A DNA stretch of 64,000 bases, from NCBI GenBank assembly GCA_037379345.1, contig CM074519.1:40530851-40594850 (forward strand), in the 5' to 3' direction. Below the pieces are notes generated by a model, which saw only the letters and a program-made list of their open reading frames with translations, was not told the DNA's origin and made no database searches. How positions within the stretch are numbered: the stretch's first letter is position 1; each line of letters opens with the position of its first letter. Shown here piece by piece: positions 14,566-26,225 of the stretch. Source of the stretch: Perna viridis. Its lineage: Eukaryota. The position numbers were made by a program, and so were the translations under genes.

Positions 14566-15682
14566 TGTTAAACCACAAATTAAAGTTCCTAATGAAATCA
14601 ATCAAAATGTTTATTGAAAACTTTGATACTCCGATGTAATCCACAAATTCAATATTCAATAAACAATCAAGATTTGAACCTTCATAGTTTTTATGTTATT
14701 ATCCTAATGAAATGAATCCCGACGTCCAAATTAGTGTAGCTTTAAGTTATGGAATCCCAAATGACCTTCTGACCTAAGACCTTCCTAGGGTCTCGACCTT
14801 TTGTCCTTTTCATTGTCACCTTTCTGAGGATTTTTTGGATTTCCACAAGTGGACCATTTATTTGAAACTTGGAAAAAGTCCAGAACTTTCTACTATCAAA
14901 AGTACCAAGTAAATGTACAGGTAAATTTTAACTCCCGTTGACAGAAGCAGCTGCTGTTCCCGACAGCTTATACAGTGACAAATATAGGCTTAAAATTGTA
15001 CATCATTTACCAATGTTTCAGGGATGAATCACATTGTTGAATTTAAAGAAATAAAAATACAATTAGAAAATAGAGAAGAATTTGAACAGACAGCATTAAA
15101 ACTTTGAAACTTGTTATATAAACAAATCAAAAACCAACAGATCTAAATAGGAAATATCATCTGACTTAAATTAATACAGACAACATGGAATTCAGACTAT
15201 GCTTTTAAACACTTGAAATTAAATGAAACATCAGAACTATTTTCAACTTTTAAAAAAGTACAAATACACATGGAGTTGTGCACCTGCATCTACCAGTTGG
15301 CCAAGTTTTGCAGCCAAGTACAAAGGATTTATTTAAGTTAATGGGACAGGATCCCTATGTATAAGTTGGTTAAATCACCATACTATATAGAAATTGCATA
15401 TCTAGCTATTATCAACTAATAACTGTAATTAATAAGAATTTGTAAAATCTTTGAAGTTAGAAATCAAACAGTTATGATATTAGTAGTAATATGTGATGTA
15501 AATGAATGGAAACAAATTATCAGCAATCAATGCAGTACAACAGTACATGTAGGCTGATCAATTCTGCAATTCTAACAAATGTGAACATCCTGAAAAATAA
15601 TTTTTTGCTATTTTGAATCAATTTTAAAATAATTTCAAAGCTGTAGAGCAGAGTGTGACTTAGATAAAAAGTAATTAATTAC

Positions 15683-16659
15683 CTTGGAATGGTCAAGGTC
15701 AATGCCACCACTAAGTCTAGAATGTACAACAGGTCTGGTCCCAGAATCTCTTTCTGAAGCTGTGACCTTTAAACTAGATGTCCGCCGTAACCCAGCCCCA
15801 GGTCTGTTAAGGAAATTTGACAATGGTGAAGCCTTAGCTTTATCTGCAGCACTCTCTTCAAGTTTTCTTTCAAACAGGAGTCTTGTGCTGCTTGTTTGCC
15901 CTATTTTAGGGGTGTCATCTTCAACACTATTTTGAATTTCTATTTTGCTGCCTTCATCACGGTCATTATTTTTAGTACCAACATTGCTGCATGTTTGTCT
16001 ATTTTCATCACGGAGTGTCCTAGCACTATCTGACCTACGGAGATTAATTTGTCTTAGTGCCGACAGAACTTCACTTCCTGTCACTGCATCTTGTTCTTTC
16101 CTATCTCCAATGACTGGTCTCCATCCTGGAGGTTTAGTAACCAGTTTTGAAGGATCTTCAGTGTTCTGTGATGGAGTGGCAACATCTAGCTTATCTGCCA
16201 ACTCTTCTTTCCTTTTCCTGAGGAATGGTGATTCTCTTCGTCCTCCGGTTAATCTGGCACTTTCTGTTCTCCGTAATGTTACATTTTTCCAAGGAGGATC
16301 TTCAGAACCTTTTGTCTTATTTAAAGTTTTCTGCTTCAAGGGATCTTCAAATTTGGTCTTGTTCATGTTGATATCAACTTTGTCAACACTTTCTTGTTTC
16401 TGCTCAGTTTCCTTGACAACCAGGGGTTTAGCTGGTGAATCATTGGTTGTTTCAGAGACAGCATTATCAGCCTGAGTAGCCCTGCGATATTTGTCCCTCA
16501 GTGAGTAGTTAGAGGTCACCTTCATAGTCTCACTCCTCTTGATAGAAGAGCTTTTCTGTCTTGTATCCTCAGCAACAGGAGTATTATTGTCTCTACCAAC
16601 CAGCCAATCAAGTGACTTCTTTGTCTTGGATTCAGCACCAACAGAAGCAGTATTAGAAC
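15683..16659 (-). CDS. Large exon, basic/Ser-rich disordered region with repeated LRRxxS motifs (GSNTASVG...DLDHSK)
   Basis: Extends ORF 15635-16525 upstream without a stop to ccttgtag|; AAG|gtaatt donor; 977 nt, phase 1 to 0. Confidence 0.88.
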
Positions 16660-17038
16660 CTACAAGGTAAAACCACCAGTTCTACAAATCACAACTATTG
16701 ATCATATACTATACTTCAACTCTGAACTTAGTGTTTTTATCACTGTGGTTTAATAAATCATTTCTAGAAACTTCATATTCTTGGCTTTATTGAAAAAAAA
16801 ATATGTAATATTTTAACTGCATGTACATTGACTGGGTAAATGTAGTTTTTATTGCGTTTTTCATAGCAGCAGTTTGGACCTATTTAGTATTGAAAATCTA
16901 AACTTACACCTCATGAATGCTTTTCTGTTTGAAGAGTTGATTTTAACATTTCTAAAAAGTATGTTTAAAGTTAAATTCATTACCAATTAATGAATCACTG
17001 CATCTTTTTTCAATTAGAAAAAGAAATAAATGTTTTAC

Positions 17039-17326
17039 CTTCCACAGTAACAGAACATTTCGTAGTAACTGCACCATGAACATTACGAGCCACACATTCG
17101 TAGCACCCAGAATCCTCCTTGTGGACGTCACTAATCTGTAACTTGGCCACGATATCTTGGTAAGTCTGTCGGAAATCTTTGGTGTTACCAATAATCCTGC
17201 TGTCCTTCCTCCATACAATCATTGGTGATGGGTTACCTTTGACCTCACATTGTAAGGTCAGACTTTTGCCATACACAGCTGTTTTGTCTGTCAGTGGACA
17301 AAGTACCTCTGGGCATGCCTGTTTAG
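17039..17326 (-). CDS. I-set immunoglobulin domain 4
   Basis: LQCEVKGNPSPMIVWRKD...LQI...EDSGCYECVARNVHG; ttttccag| and G|gtaaaa; 288 nt, phase 1-1. Confidence 0.93.
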
Positions 17327-17526
17327 CTGGAAAATAACATGAATACATAGTATCACAATAACTGGTGTTGCTCCACTTCAAATATAAAGTATAACTTCGA
17401 CCTCCCCAGGCAATGTCCTGTAAAATTTGGTCAAACCCAGTAATAAATTCCAATTTTTTTGAAATAGCATACAGTTTGAGTATTTGTCAATGTTCAGTTA
17501 TCATCAGAATACAATGAAAGTCACTG

Positions 17527-17672
17527 GAAATAATCTCTCAAAATAAGAAAATCCCAGAAATAATCTCAAAATAAGGAAATCCCAGAAATAATCTCTCAAT
17601 ATAAGGAAATCCCAGAAATAATCTCTCAATATAAGGAAATCCCAGAAATAATCTCTCAAAATAAGGAAATCC
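17527..17672. repeat. 30-bp minisatellite, about 5 copies
   Basis: Unit cccagaaataatctctcaatataaggaaat. Confidence 0.95.
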
Positions 17673-18677
17673 AAATCAATGTATAAGAAATCACTATTTT
17701 TTCACATTGCTTGCTGGAACCCAATCTATAATTAATATGTAAAGTGAATTAAATGTTCTAAAACGATACTTGAAAGATTATATTTAGTAGCTGACCTGGA
17801 TGCATAACATGGATTAAGAAACATAAGATTTCTTGTATTCTGAACTCAGAGATTGTAAACATTTCAAGATACAAGACACATATGGATCATCTTGATAAAG
17901 AATAAAATCTTAAATTAAAATACATGCAAAACTTTACACTTACTATAAGCCATCAAAAATCGAAGCCAGAAATGACACAATGCCAAAATGACAAAGCCTT
18001 CCTAGTCCATTTCTTATTTCCTGTCATTAAGAGGACCATCATAAGAGTGTAAAAAATAACAATCTGGGTTAAAAAATGGCAAATCTGGTAGAAAGGCCTT
18101 TAATTGAAATTTAACGATGATCAAAACAGGATTAAGAAGGATCAAAAGGTGAATAAATCCTGACAAAATAAAGGTGTTTAAATGATTCAATCTATAACTG
18201 TTTAAAATAAACAGTTCTCAACATAAACCTCATGTAATACATTGATCAAGATTTCATTTTTTAGATATCTTAGAAAAACATTAGGAAACTACATATATAC
18301 AGTTATGTTCAGATTGCCTATCCATCTGAACGATTGGACCTATCAAAGTTAAAAGTTCTACTCAGTTGCCATATTTTATAATGAAGAGACTTGAACATTT
18401 AGCTAGAAGTGATGACCCTGAGCTAATGAGTTATGTCAGACCAGTGGAACCATTCTTGCTTTCAGACCAAATGAACAACATGAACTCTCACCCTTCCTCC
18501 ATTTAATATAAAGATGCCATTCAAGCTTTATGTCTATGATAAATACATAAAATATCAATATCTGCTCCTTATAAAGGAGTAATCAAGGGAACAGACCATC
18601 AGACAGACATGTAGATAACTATATACTCCCCACTCATCCAGCAGGGGTATTTTTATAATTTAAGTACATTTGTTTAC

Positions 18678-18977
18678 CTTTTACAACAATAAGGGCATCA
18701 ACAGTAATCTTTCCCAGTTTATTTTCAGCAACACATTCATATTTTCCTGAATCCTCAATTGCAGCCTTGGTAATGAGGAGGAGAGCTGTCCTCCCATCAA
18801 ATGTCTGTTTGTGATGGTTGTCACTGGCAACAGTCTGCTGGTCTTTGGTCCAAGTTATGGTTGGTTGAGGAGACCCAATCACATCACACTGAAGGGTGAT
18901 TGTGTCATTACATTCAAGTATTTTACTTTCAGGTTTGTTAAGAAACATAGGTACCACATCTGTCTCGCATGCTGTCT
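18678..18977 (-). CDS. I-set immunoglobulin domain 3
   Basis: VPMFLNKP...LQCDVIGSPQPTITWTKD...DSGKYECVAENKLG; ttttttcag| and G|gtaaac; 300 nt, phase 1-1. Confidence 0.93.
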
Positions 18978-21900
18978 CTGAAAAAACAAATGGTAAGTAA
19001 GTTTTAATTCACCAGCCCAAAACTTATAGATGAAGAATATGTGAAGTTTTTATCAGGACAGAAATTATCAACAGTATTTCAATGAGTAACAAGACACTTT
19101 CTGTCAAAACTGATCATCAATGTCTAGATTCAGTACAACTAAATATTGCAATACCATTAACAACTGATCATATACTTGGTATAAAATATCAATAAGAACA
19201 ATACAATAACATCATAAATAAAATGATAAATCAGGTTTTCTGTTACCATAGAAACTAAACTGTTAAAATCCAGATCTACAGCTCATACAATTATGATGCT
19301 CATGGAAAAGAGTAGGTCTTCCCTTGATTAAGTGTAAGTCTCTGTAAGAATCAGGCAGTGGGTGAAACATGGTATGAAATAAACTCATCATTTTGATTCT
19401 TTAATTGACTATTTTTATCATCAGAATCAAGGAAAAAAAGCAAGATTTTCCATATCATGTTGGTGCATTGAGTTATAATTTCATTGAAATGCACTGAAAA
19501 AGAACATTTTCAAGGGCAGATAACTCTGTCAAAAACCTAATTTTTATAAAATTCTATTGAAAAATTTCAGAGCAAAGCCAGTGATGCAGAGATCAAATAA
19601 TGGTCTTTTAAAATAGAGAAAACATCCTTGAGTGAAATTATATTGTCAGATTGGTGGGGTTTTGACATGCATTTTTCAGATTTTGTTCATTTTGCCTGAT
19701 TCTAATGAACACTTACACTTAAATGGCAATCACTTGAAAGACCATCTCAGGTACTTATGTATCAAATAACATTATCCAAAGTACACCTTTTTTTACAGTA
19801 ATAATGCTACTGGATTCTCCAACAGAATCCAATTTTAAGTACCAGTACAGATCTATTTATTCATTATACAAAAATGAATTTCTATAACTTTTCTCCAGAG
19901 TTAATTACTGTAGCAATAAATATATTATGCTGAAATAAACTTTAAATGGTAGAACCAATTTACCTATCAGCATCATATGTAAAATGTAGTTTTTAAATGA
20001 TGATTTATTTCATTTTTTCATAGGGAATTTCAAACCCATCCATGCAAATTCATACAGTATTAGTTAACATTACTAAATCATCAGAAAAATTTGAAAAAAT
20101 AATTTAGAATTTGTTTTGATTCTATTGTTATCTTGATATCTAAGGCCAGTGACTGATTTATACATTAAAATAGAATTATATGAGAATGAAAGTAATCTAT
20201 AATCATTATTCTGTGTGCTTCTCAGAGATTCTGAGAGATAAAACTGAGTAGATCGTGTTATTTTAAGATTATCCTGTTTTGTATCATTTTATTTTGGTTA
20301 TCTGGTATTTGTTGGTCTATGTCTACATAAATTTCACAACAAACCTTGATTAATGCTATATCATTAATATAGAAAGAGAAAAACACAGCAGAGAAATCAT
20401 ACCAGTTTAAACTAGACTCATAACCAAAATAAGATACAAAGAAAATCGATCTCAATGAAAATAACATTTTTATATATACTGGTTATAGAGGTTAAACATG
20501 ATCTGCACCATTAACATTTTGTAAATTCTCAGTAAGGATTATATAATCTGAAATTTCATGCAAAGCCATGAAGAAATAAAAGTAATTCAAAATGGCCACC
20601 ATGAACAATTTCCTAGAATAATATTTACACAGTGACCTACTTGTACTTGATGGTTAAACTTTGTGGACTGATCTGTAATAATATGATGTATATGTGCAGT
20701 AGACCTATTAATTAGGTAATAAATGTAATTATCCCACCCTCTAAATAATCAAACAGCTATAGTAGTACCAAATATCCACCTGTAATAATTAGGTACATCT
20801 TTCTTGGGTTTTTTTGTGGTTTTTTTTTGTTGCATTTTGTTATTCCTATTATTCCAGGGTTACCATGAAGTCCAACTAGTGCATTTGACATCATTTGATC
20901 TACACGTATTCCTATACCAATTTGTTTATTTGATATTTTTTATTTTGACTAATTTTTAAAGTCCTGCTGCAGTTTGGTGTTTTATCACTTTTTAAGACTC
21001 AAGCAAAGCAAAAAGGCTAATAAGTCTTATTTTAGCTGTAAAAGTAATTAAGTTCAAGTTTTTGCCACTTCTGCAGAGAATAAACCAGTATCATAAAAAG
21101 ACAAAAAGGGTCGGGTGGCTGATATTCCACACATGCAAAATTGGTTAAATTTTTGTTTCGATTTGTAAAATTGTTTTCTATCAATCAATGTTCAGACACC
21201 CTGCCTTGTTGTCTATTCCTTTTGTGTTGCTTAACATCTTTATTATGTTTTTATCTTTTTGCATTTAAACTTGTTCCTAATTCATAAATGCCAAAAATCT
21301 GTCTTTGTTGAGATTTCTCCTGTGTTATAAGACTTATCATGCATGTAATAGCTACATTCCAGTTTTCAAAAAGTAAGTCTCTGAGAATCAGATTAATTTC
21401 AGGTAAATTCATAACACAGTGCTATTATGATGTATTTATGTCTAATGATTGAGCGAATATAGCAAGAAGTCAGCTTGACTTTATAATAAAGGTGGAGAAT
21501 GATTGTTTTCTTCTAATTTTCTTGGCATAACTCCATAATCTAGCATAATAAGATTTATTACACCTTGTGTCATGTCTTTTTGGAAAGGTCATGTGCACTT
21601 TTAAGACCAACATTGAAGATATATAACAAGTGCTAACATTTGTATAAGAATAGAAGTACTTTTAAAAAATAAGTGGTGTCGACATTTTTGAAAGGATTAT
21701 CAGGTACAAGAACATTTCATGATTTTTAGCTACATGTAGATTAAAATGAAATTATTTGTTTGATTTACAAACTGTAACAGTCTTTTTTTTTAGTTTTAAA
21801 TATAACTATGAGTGAAAAAAAAATTATATACTTATTGTGCACTTTCGATATGTAAATAAAAATCTTTTTTTTTGTTTGGTTTGCAAAGCCAACGAAAGGG

Positions 21901-22528
21901 TAATGGCCAGAACCAAAGTGCTCTGACTGTGATTTAAAATCACATTCAAACTTCTTAAACTAATAATAGAAGCAAAGGGCACAGTTTTTATTTTCTACCA
22001 AAAATTCAAAATGTACCCTTGCAACCATCTTAATCATTGCTGAAATCTGGACTGGTATCAACTTCCTAAATCTTAGGCCAATGTTACATTCAATTACTAG
22101 TTTTTGTGTATCACATAAAGTTAAACTGATGTTAATGGGACATGAATCACAGTAAAGCATAAACATGTGTGCTGTGATCATGTGACAAAATGGTATTCAT
22201 AAATTTTCTTTAATGCTGTGGTTAAAGATGCTTAGTTGACACTCGTCATTTGAAAACGTAATGAAGACCAAATAATATTCAAGGATACTGATTTTTGCAT
22301 TTCATAATGTCAATTTATATTTCAGCTGACTTTGTTTTAATTTTGGGTCTATTAAACACTCTCTCTACCCTGAATTATTAAATAAATTGACTTCTTTACA
22401 TGATTCATGTTCTGTTTTATTTTGTTACATAAATAAGCAAAATAAAGTAAGTTGTTTTGCAGTATGATATTGGTTTGTAGAAAATTACTCTTGGTTAAAA
22501 AAAAAAGATATTTAGTGCCATGAATGCT

Positions 22529-23470
22529 TAGTTAATAGAATTTTGACTGTGGGTTAACTGTTTTTAGTGCTATGGACCTTATCATAAAGTATACCATGGA
22601 TGTAGTTAGTAGAATTTTGACTGTGGGTTAACTGTTTTTAGTGCTATGGACCTTATCATAAAGTACACCATGGATGTAGTTTGTAGAATTTTGACTGTGG
22701 GTTAACTGTTTTTAGTGCTATGGACCTTATCATAAAGTATAGCTTGGGTGTATTTGTAGAATTTTGACTGTGGGTTAACTGCTTTTAGTGCTATGGACCT
22801 TATCATAAAGTATAGCTTGGGTGTATTTGTAGAATTTTGACTGTGGGTTAACTGCTTTTAGTGCTATGGACCTTATCATAAAGTACACCATGGATGTAGT
22901 TTGTAGAATTTTGACTGTGGGTTAACTGTTTTTAGTGCTATGGACCTTATCATAAAGTACACCGTGGATGTAGTTAGTAGAATTTTGACTGTGGGTTAAC
23001 TGTTTTTAGTGCTATGGACCTTATAAAGTATACCATGGGTGTAGTTAGTAGAATTTTGACTGTGGGTTAACTGTTTTTAGTGCTATGGACCTTATCATAA
23101 AGTACACCGTGGATGTAGTTAGTAGAATTTTGACTGTGGGTTAACTGTTTTTAGTGCTATGGACCTTATCATACAGTATACCATGGATGCATCTGTAGAA
23201 TTTTGACTGTGGGTTAACTGTTTTTAATGCTATGGACCTTATCATAAAGTACACCGTGGGTGTAGTTAGTAGAATTTTGACTGGGTTAACTGTTTTCAGT
23301 GCTATGGACCTTATCATAAAGTATACCATGGGTGTAGTTAGTAGAATTTTGACTGTGTGTGAACTGTTTTAGTGCTATGGACCTTATCATAAAGTACACC
23401 ATGGGTGTAGTTAGTAGAATTTTTACAGTGGGTTAACTGTTTTCAGTGCTATGAACCCTATCAATAAGTA
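22529..23470. repeat. 74-bp minisatellite, about 13 copies
   Basis: Unit tagttagtagaattttgactgtgggttaactgtttttagtgctatggaccttatcataaagtataccatggatg. Confidence 0.97.
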
Positions 23471-24503
23471 TGGTAATGTCTGTATCGGTATTTACTGTAC
23501 TATTTAATGTCTCAGTAATTATACAACAGTTTTCATCATTTTGGCTAGTATATATCAACAGTCTATAGTTTATAGTAGGCGTATGTGTTAGTGATAGTAT
23601 CATTTTGATGTAAGATCACACGCCTTGCATAGACAACTTTGACGTCTCTTTCTATCAATAGTGCATGCTATTACGCAAGAAAATACTGCGTAGCGTTACA
23701 TACATGCAATTCCTACAATATGAATCAAAACTACATAAACAAATCTACCTACAAAATAAATTGAAGATAATTCTCCCTACTAAAATATTAAAATGATAAT
23801 TTAGAAATTATTGTGATTGTGACATGTTTGATCGCTATTACATCTCCAGTACTGCAGTATAACAACTTGCATTATTGTTTATATCAATAAATTGATTTAT
23901 GCAATAAATTCTAAAAAAAAAATGCTTTAAATTAAGAAATTATTTGGTACTTTTATTGTACTTTTGTAATTTTTTACAAAAAAAAAACAATTTAAATTTT
24001 TGCAATAATGAGAAATATTTGTTAATTCATACTAAAAACAATATGTTCTAATTACTACAATAACCAAACTGTTCCATTTATTGCCATTTTAAATGCATCA
24101 CAATAATTTCCAAGCTTACGTTATTAAATTCATATTATTATCAGCAAACTACCAAACTATTAAAATATAATTAGCCATTCAAAGAGTCAGTTTTCTAGAC
24201 ACCAATGATCAGTTAAATTGAATAATAAAAAAAAATGTATGTGATTGCATCTTTTAAAGTTGTGCTACAGTATACAGGGATGATTTTATGAGGTCGTCAA
24301 ACAAAGCGGAAATTGGTAAAATAGGATATAAATAAACAGTAAAAAAAAAAGAATTGTAATGGTAAAATTCTGGATTTCAATTAGTGGAATTCTGCTAAAA
24401 AGTGGAAGAAAATCATCCCTGAATATATACTTTGGTCAGTCTCAACTTGTTTTGACCAACTAAAAGATACGAATCAGATTAACTTTGGAAGGAATAAAAA
24501 AGC

Positions 24504-24649
24504 ACTGTAACCTCAGAAATATTGCCAGAATGTTATTGCAAAAGTTGCATAATATCACCATTTCAAAATTCTTTTTATGACCAAAAAATTTTGGTTTAAA
24601 ATGACAAAATTATAAGAGTACATGCCTACATTATTTCTGAATTTACTGT
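24504..24649. mobile_element. Decayed MITE-like fragment
   Basis: actgtaacctcagaaat ... atttctgaatttactgt imperfect inverted ends; same right end occurs at about 5678-5694. Confidence 0.35.
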
Positions 24650-25131
24650 GACTAAGCCCTCCTCACACATTCATGCAATATATGGATGTCAATAGTAAAG
24701 AAATTTGGATGAAACATAAAAAATCTTAAATCATGCAAATTTATATTATTATTACTGAATAATTTAACATTTCCTTGTAAAAAGGACTCTAAAGACATAA
24801 ACTTAAAATTCATGCAATCTAATTTTTTCAAAAAAGTAATCCATGAAAAAAAGAATTCAAACCATTTAAAAAAAACTTTCAAATACCCAGATTGTTTAGA
24901 ATCATGCATTTCCAAAATTAACCAAAAGCTTTACATGCATTGATGCATCTTTTTCCATGCTATATATCCAGACATTAAACTTTATAAGTTTTATTCCGAT
25001 CCATATATTTACACAATAGTGTCACTGAGTATATACATCCACTGATATAATAAAAAGCAGTTATACCACTTTACACCAAGGCTTCCGATTGGGCAGTTTA
25101 GATACCGGGATTTTCTCTGGTTCATTCTCAC

Positions 25132-25416
25132 CTTTAACATTTATTTTACATGTTGTCTTATTCTCGCCGAAATCGTTCTTTGCAACACATGCATATTCCC
25201 CATGATCGTCTACAAATATTTCATCGATTTCCAATTTTGCGTTAAGTCCATCAAATGTCTGTTTGAAGTCAGATGTATTGCGTTGAATTATTCCATCTTT
25301 GTACCATGACACTTGCATTGCATCATTGACAGCACATTCTAAACATACGGAATGTCCTTCTGTAGCGACCATGTTCTTTAATGGTTTGGTGAACTGTGGC
25401 TTCTTCTTGGCTTTAC
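25132..25416 (-). CDS. I-set immunoglobulin domain 2
   Basis: KPQFTKPLKN..TEG..LEC...SWYKDG...LEI...DHGEYACVAKNDFGE; ttcag| and G|gtgaga; 285 nt, phase 1-1. Confidence 0.93.
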
Positions 25417-25524
25417 CTGAATTTTTATAAAAAGGTTAGAACAACATTGAACTGGCTAAAAATAGAAACAGAATATTTCAGACAATATAAATACACACAA
25501 AACTTAAGGAAAACATTTCTTTAA

Positions 25525-25734
25525 TACCGTGAAAGTACTTTAATTCGTGAATACCAATTTTCGTGGAATAGATAGGAAACACAAGTTTGTGTATTCTTGA
25601 ATTCATGGTTTTGAGGTTTTCAGTTTACACATATATGGAAATCTCCTTTTCATTGGGGACCAAATTTTGTGGTTTGGCCTACCCACAAAAATCACGAAAA
25701 CAGGTACCCCACAAACAATAGTACTTTCACAGTA
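25525..25734. mobile_element. MITE with terminal inverted repeats and TA flanks, between Ig1 and Ig2 exons
   Basis: taccgtgaaagtact ... agtactttcacagta (14/15 inverted match) plus subterminal inverted ttttcgtg/cacgaaaa; non-coding, 210 bp. Confidence 0.75.
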
Positions 25735-25940
25735 GTAGGTTTTTTATTAAAATTGTCTTGACTACTCATATATGGGGTGCCAGTTACAAATGATCTTGAC
25801 TAGAACTGGAGTTTGTATATTAGATTCAGAGTAAAGTTTATCTGAGCTAAATGATTAACAATGAACTTCTTTCTGTAGAATAAAATAATAAAAGTAAATA
25901 CCAAGTGGGCAGTACTTTAAGGGCCGACTTCCATACTTAC

Positions 25941-26225
25941 TTCTAACTGTTAGAACTGCTTTTGTTTCTGCCTCACCCAAAGGATTCCTACACACACATC
26001 TGTATTGTCCACAGTCCTCCTTCTTAGAGCTCAGGACAGTCAGTATTGCCCTTCCTGACACTGTGTCGTACTTAGATTCAAAGTGACGATTGTTCATTAC
26101 CGATTTATCTGCTTTATACCATGTGATGTCCGGCTGTGGGGAGCACGCCACAATACATTCCAGGACTGCATTGCTGCCCTCTAGTGTGATGAGATCTTTG
26201 AGGGGGGCTTTCACTTCTGGAGAAC
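25941..26225 (-). CDS. I-set immunoglobulin domain 1
   Basis: SPEVKAPLKD..LEG..LEC..SPQPDITWYK...DCGQYRCVCRNPLGEA; ttccag| and A|gtaagt; 285 nt, phase 1-1. Confidence 0.93.

Noticed and set aside
15684-16475. Plus-strand ORFs of 83 and 176 aa
   Set aside because: Antisense shadows of the real minus-strand exon; Leu/Ser/Phe-rich, no domain.
23141-23329. Repetitive ORF (also 46448-46678)
   Set aside because: By-product of minisatellite units whose lengths are not multiples of three.
22529-23470. CRISPR-like repeat/spacer appearance
   Set aside because: The variable parts are related variants of one sequence, not unique spacers; no cas genes; eukaryotic intron. The same applies to the other arrays.
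17039-26225. Naming the gene titin, twitchin, unc-89 or MLCK
   Set aside because: Only four Ig domains and no Fn3 or kinase exons in the window; smoothelin motifs argue otherwise, so no symbol was assigned.
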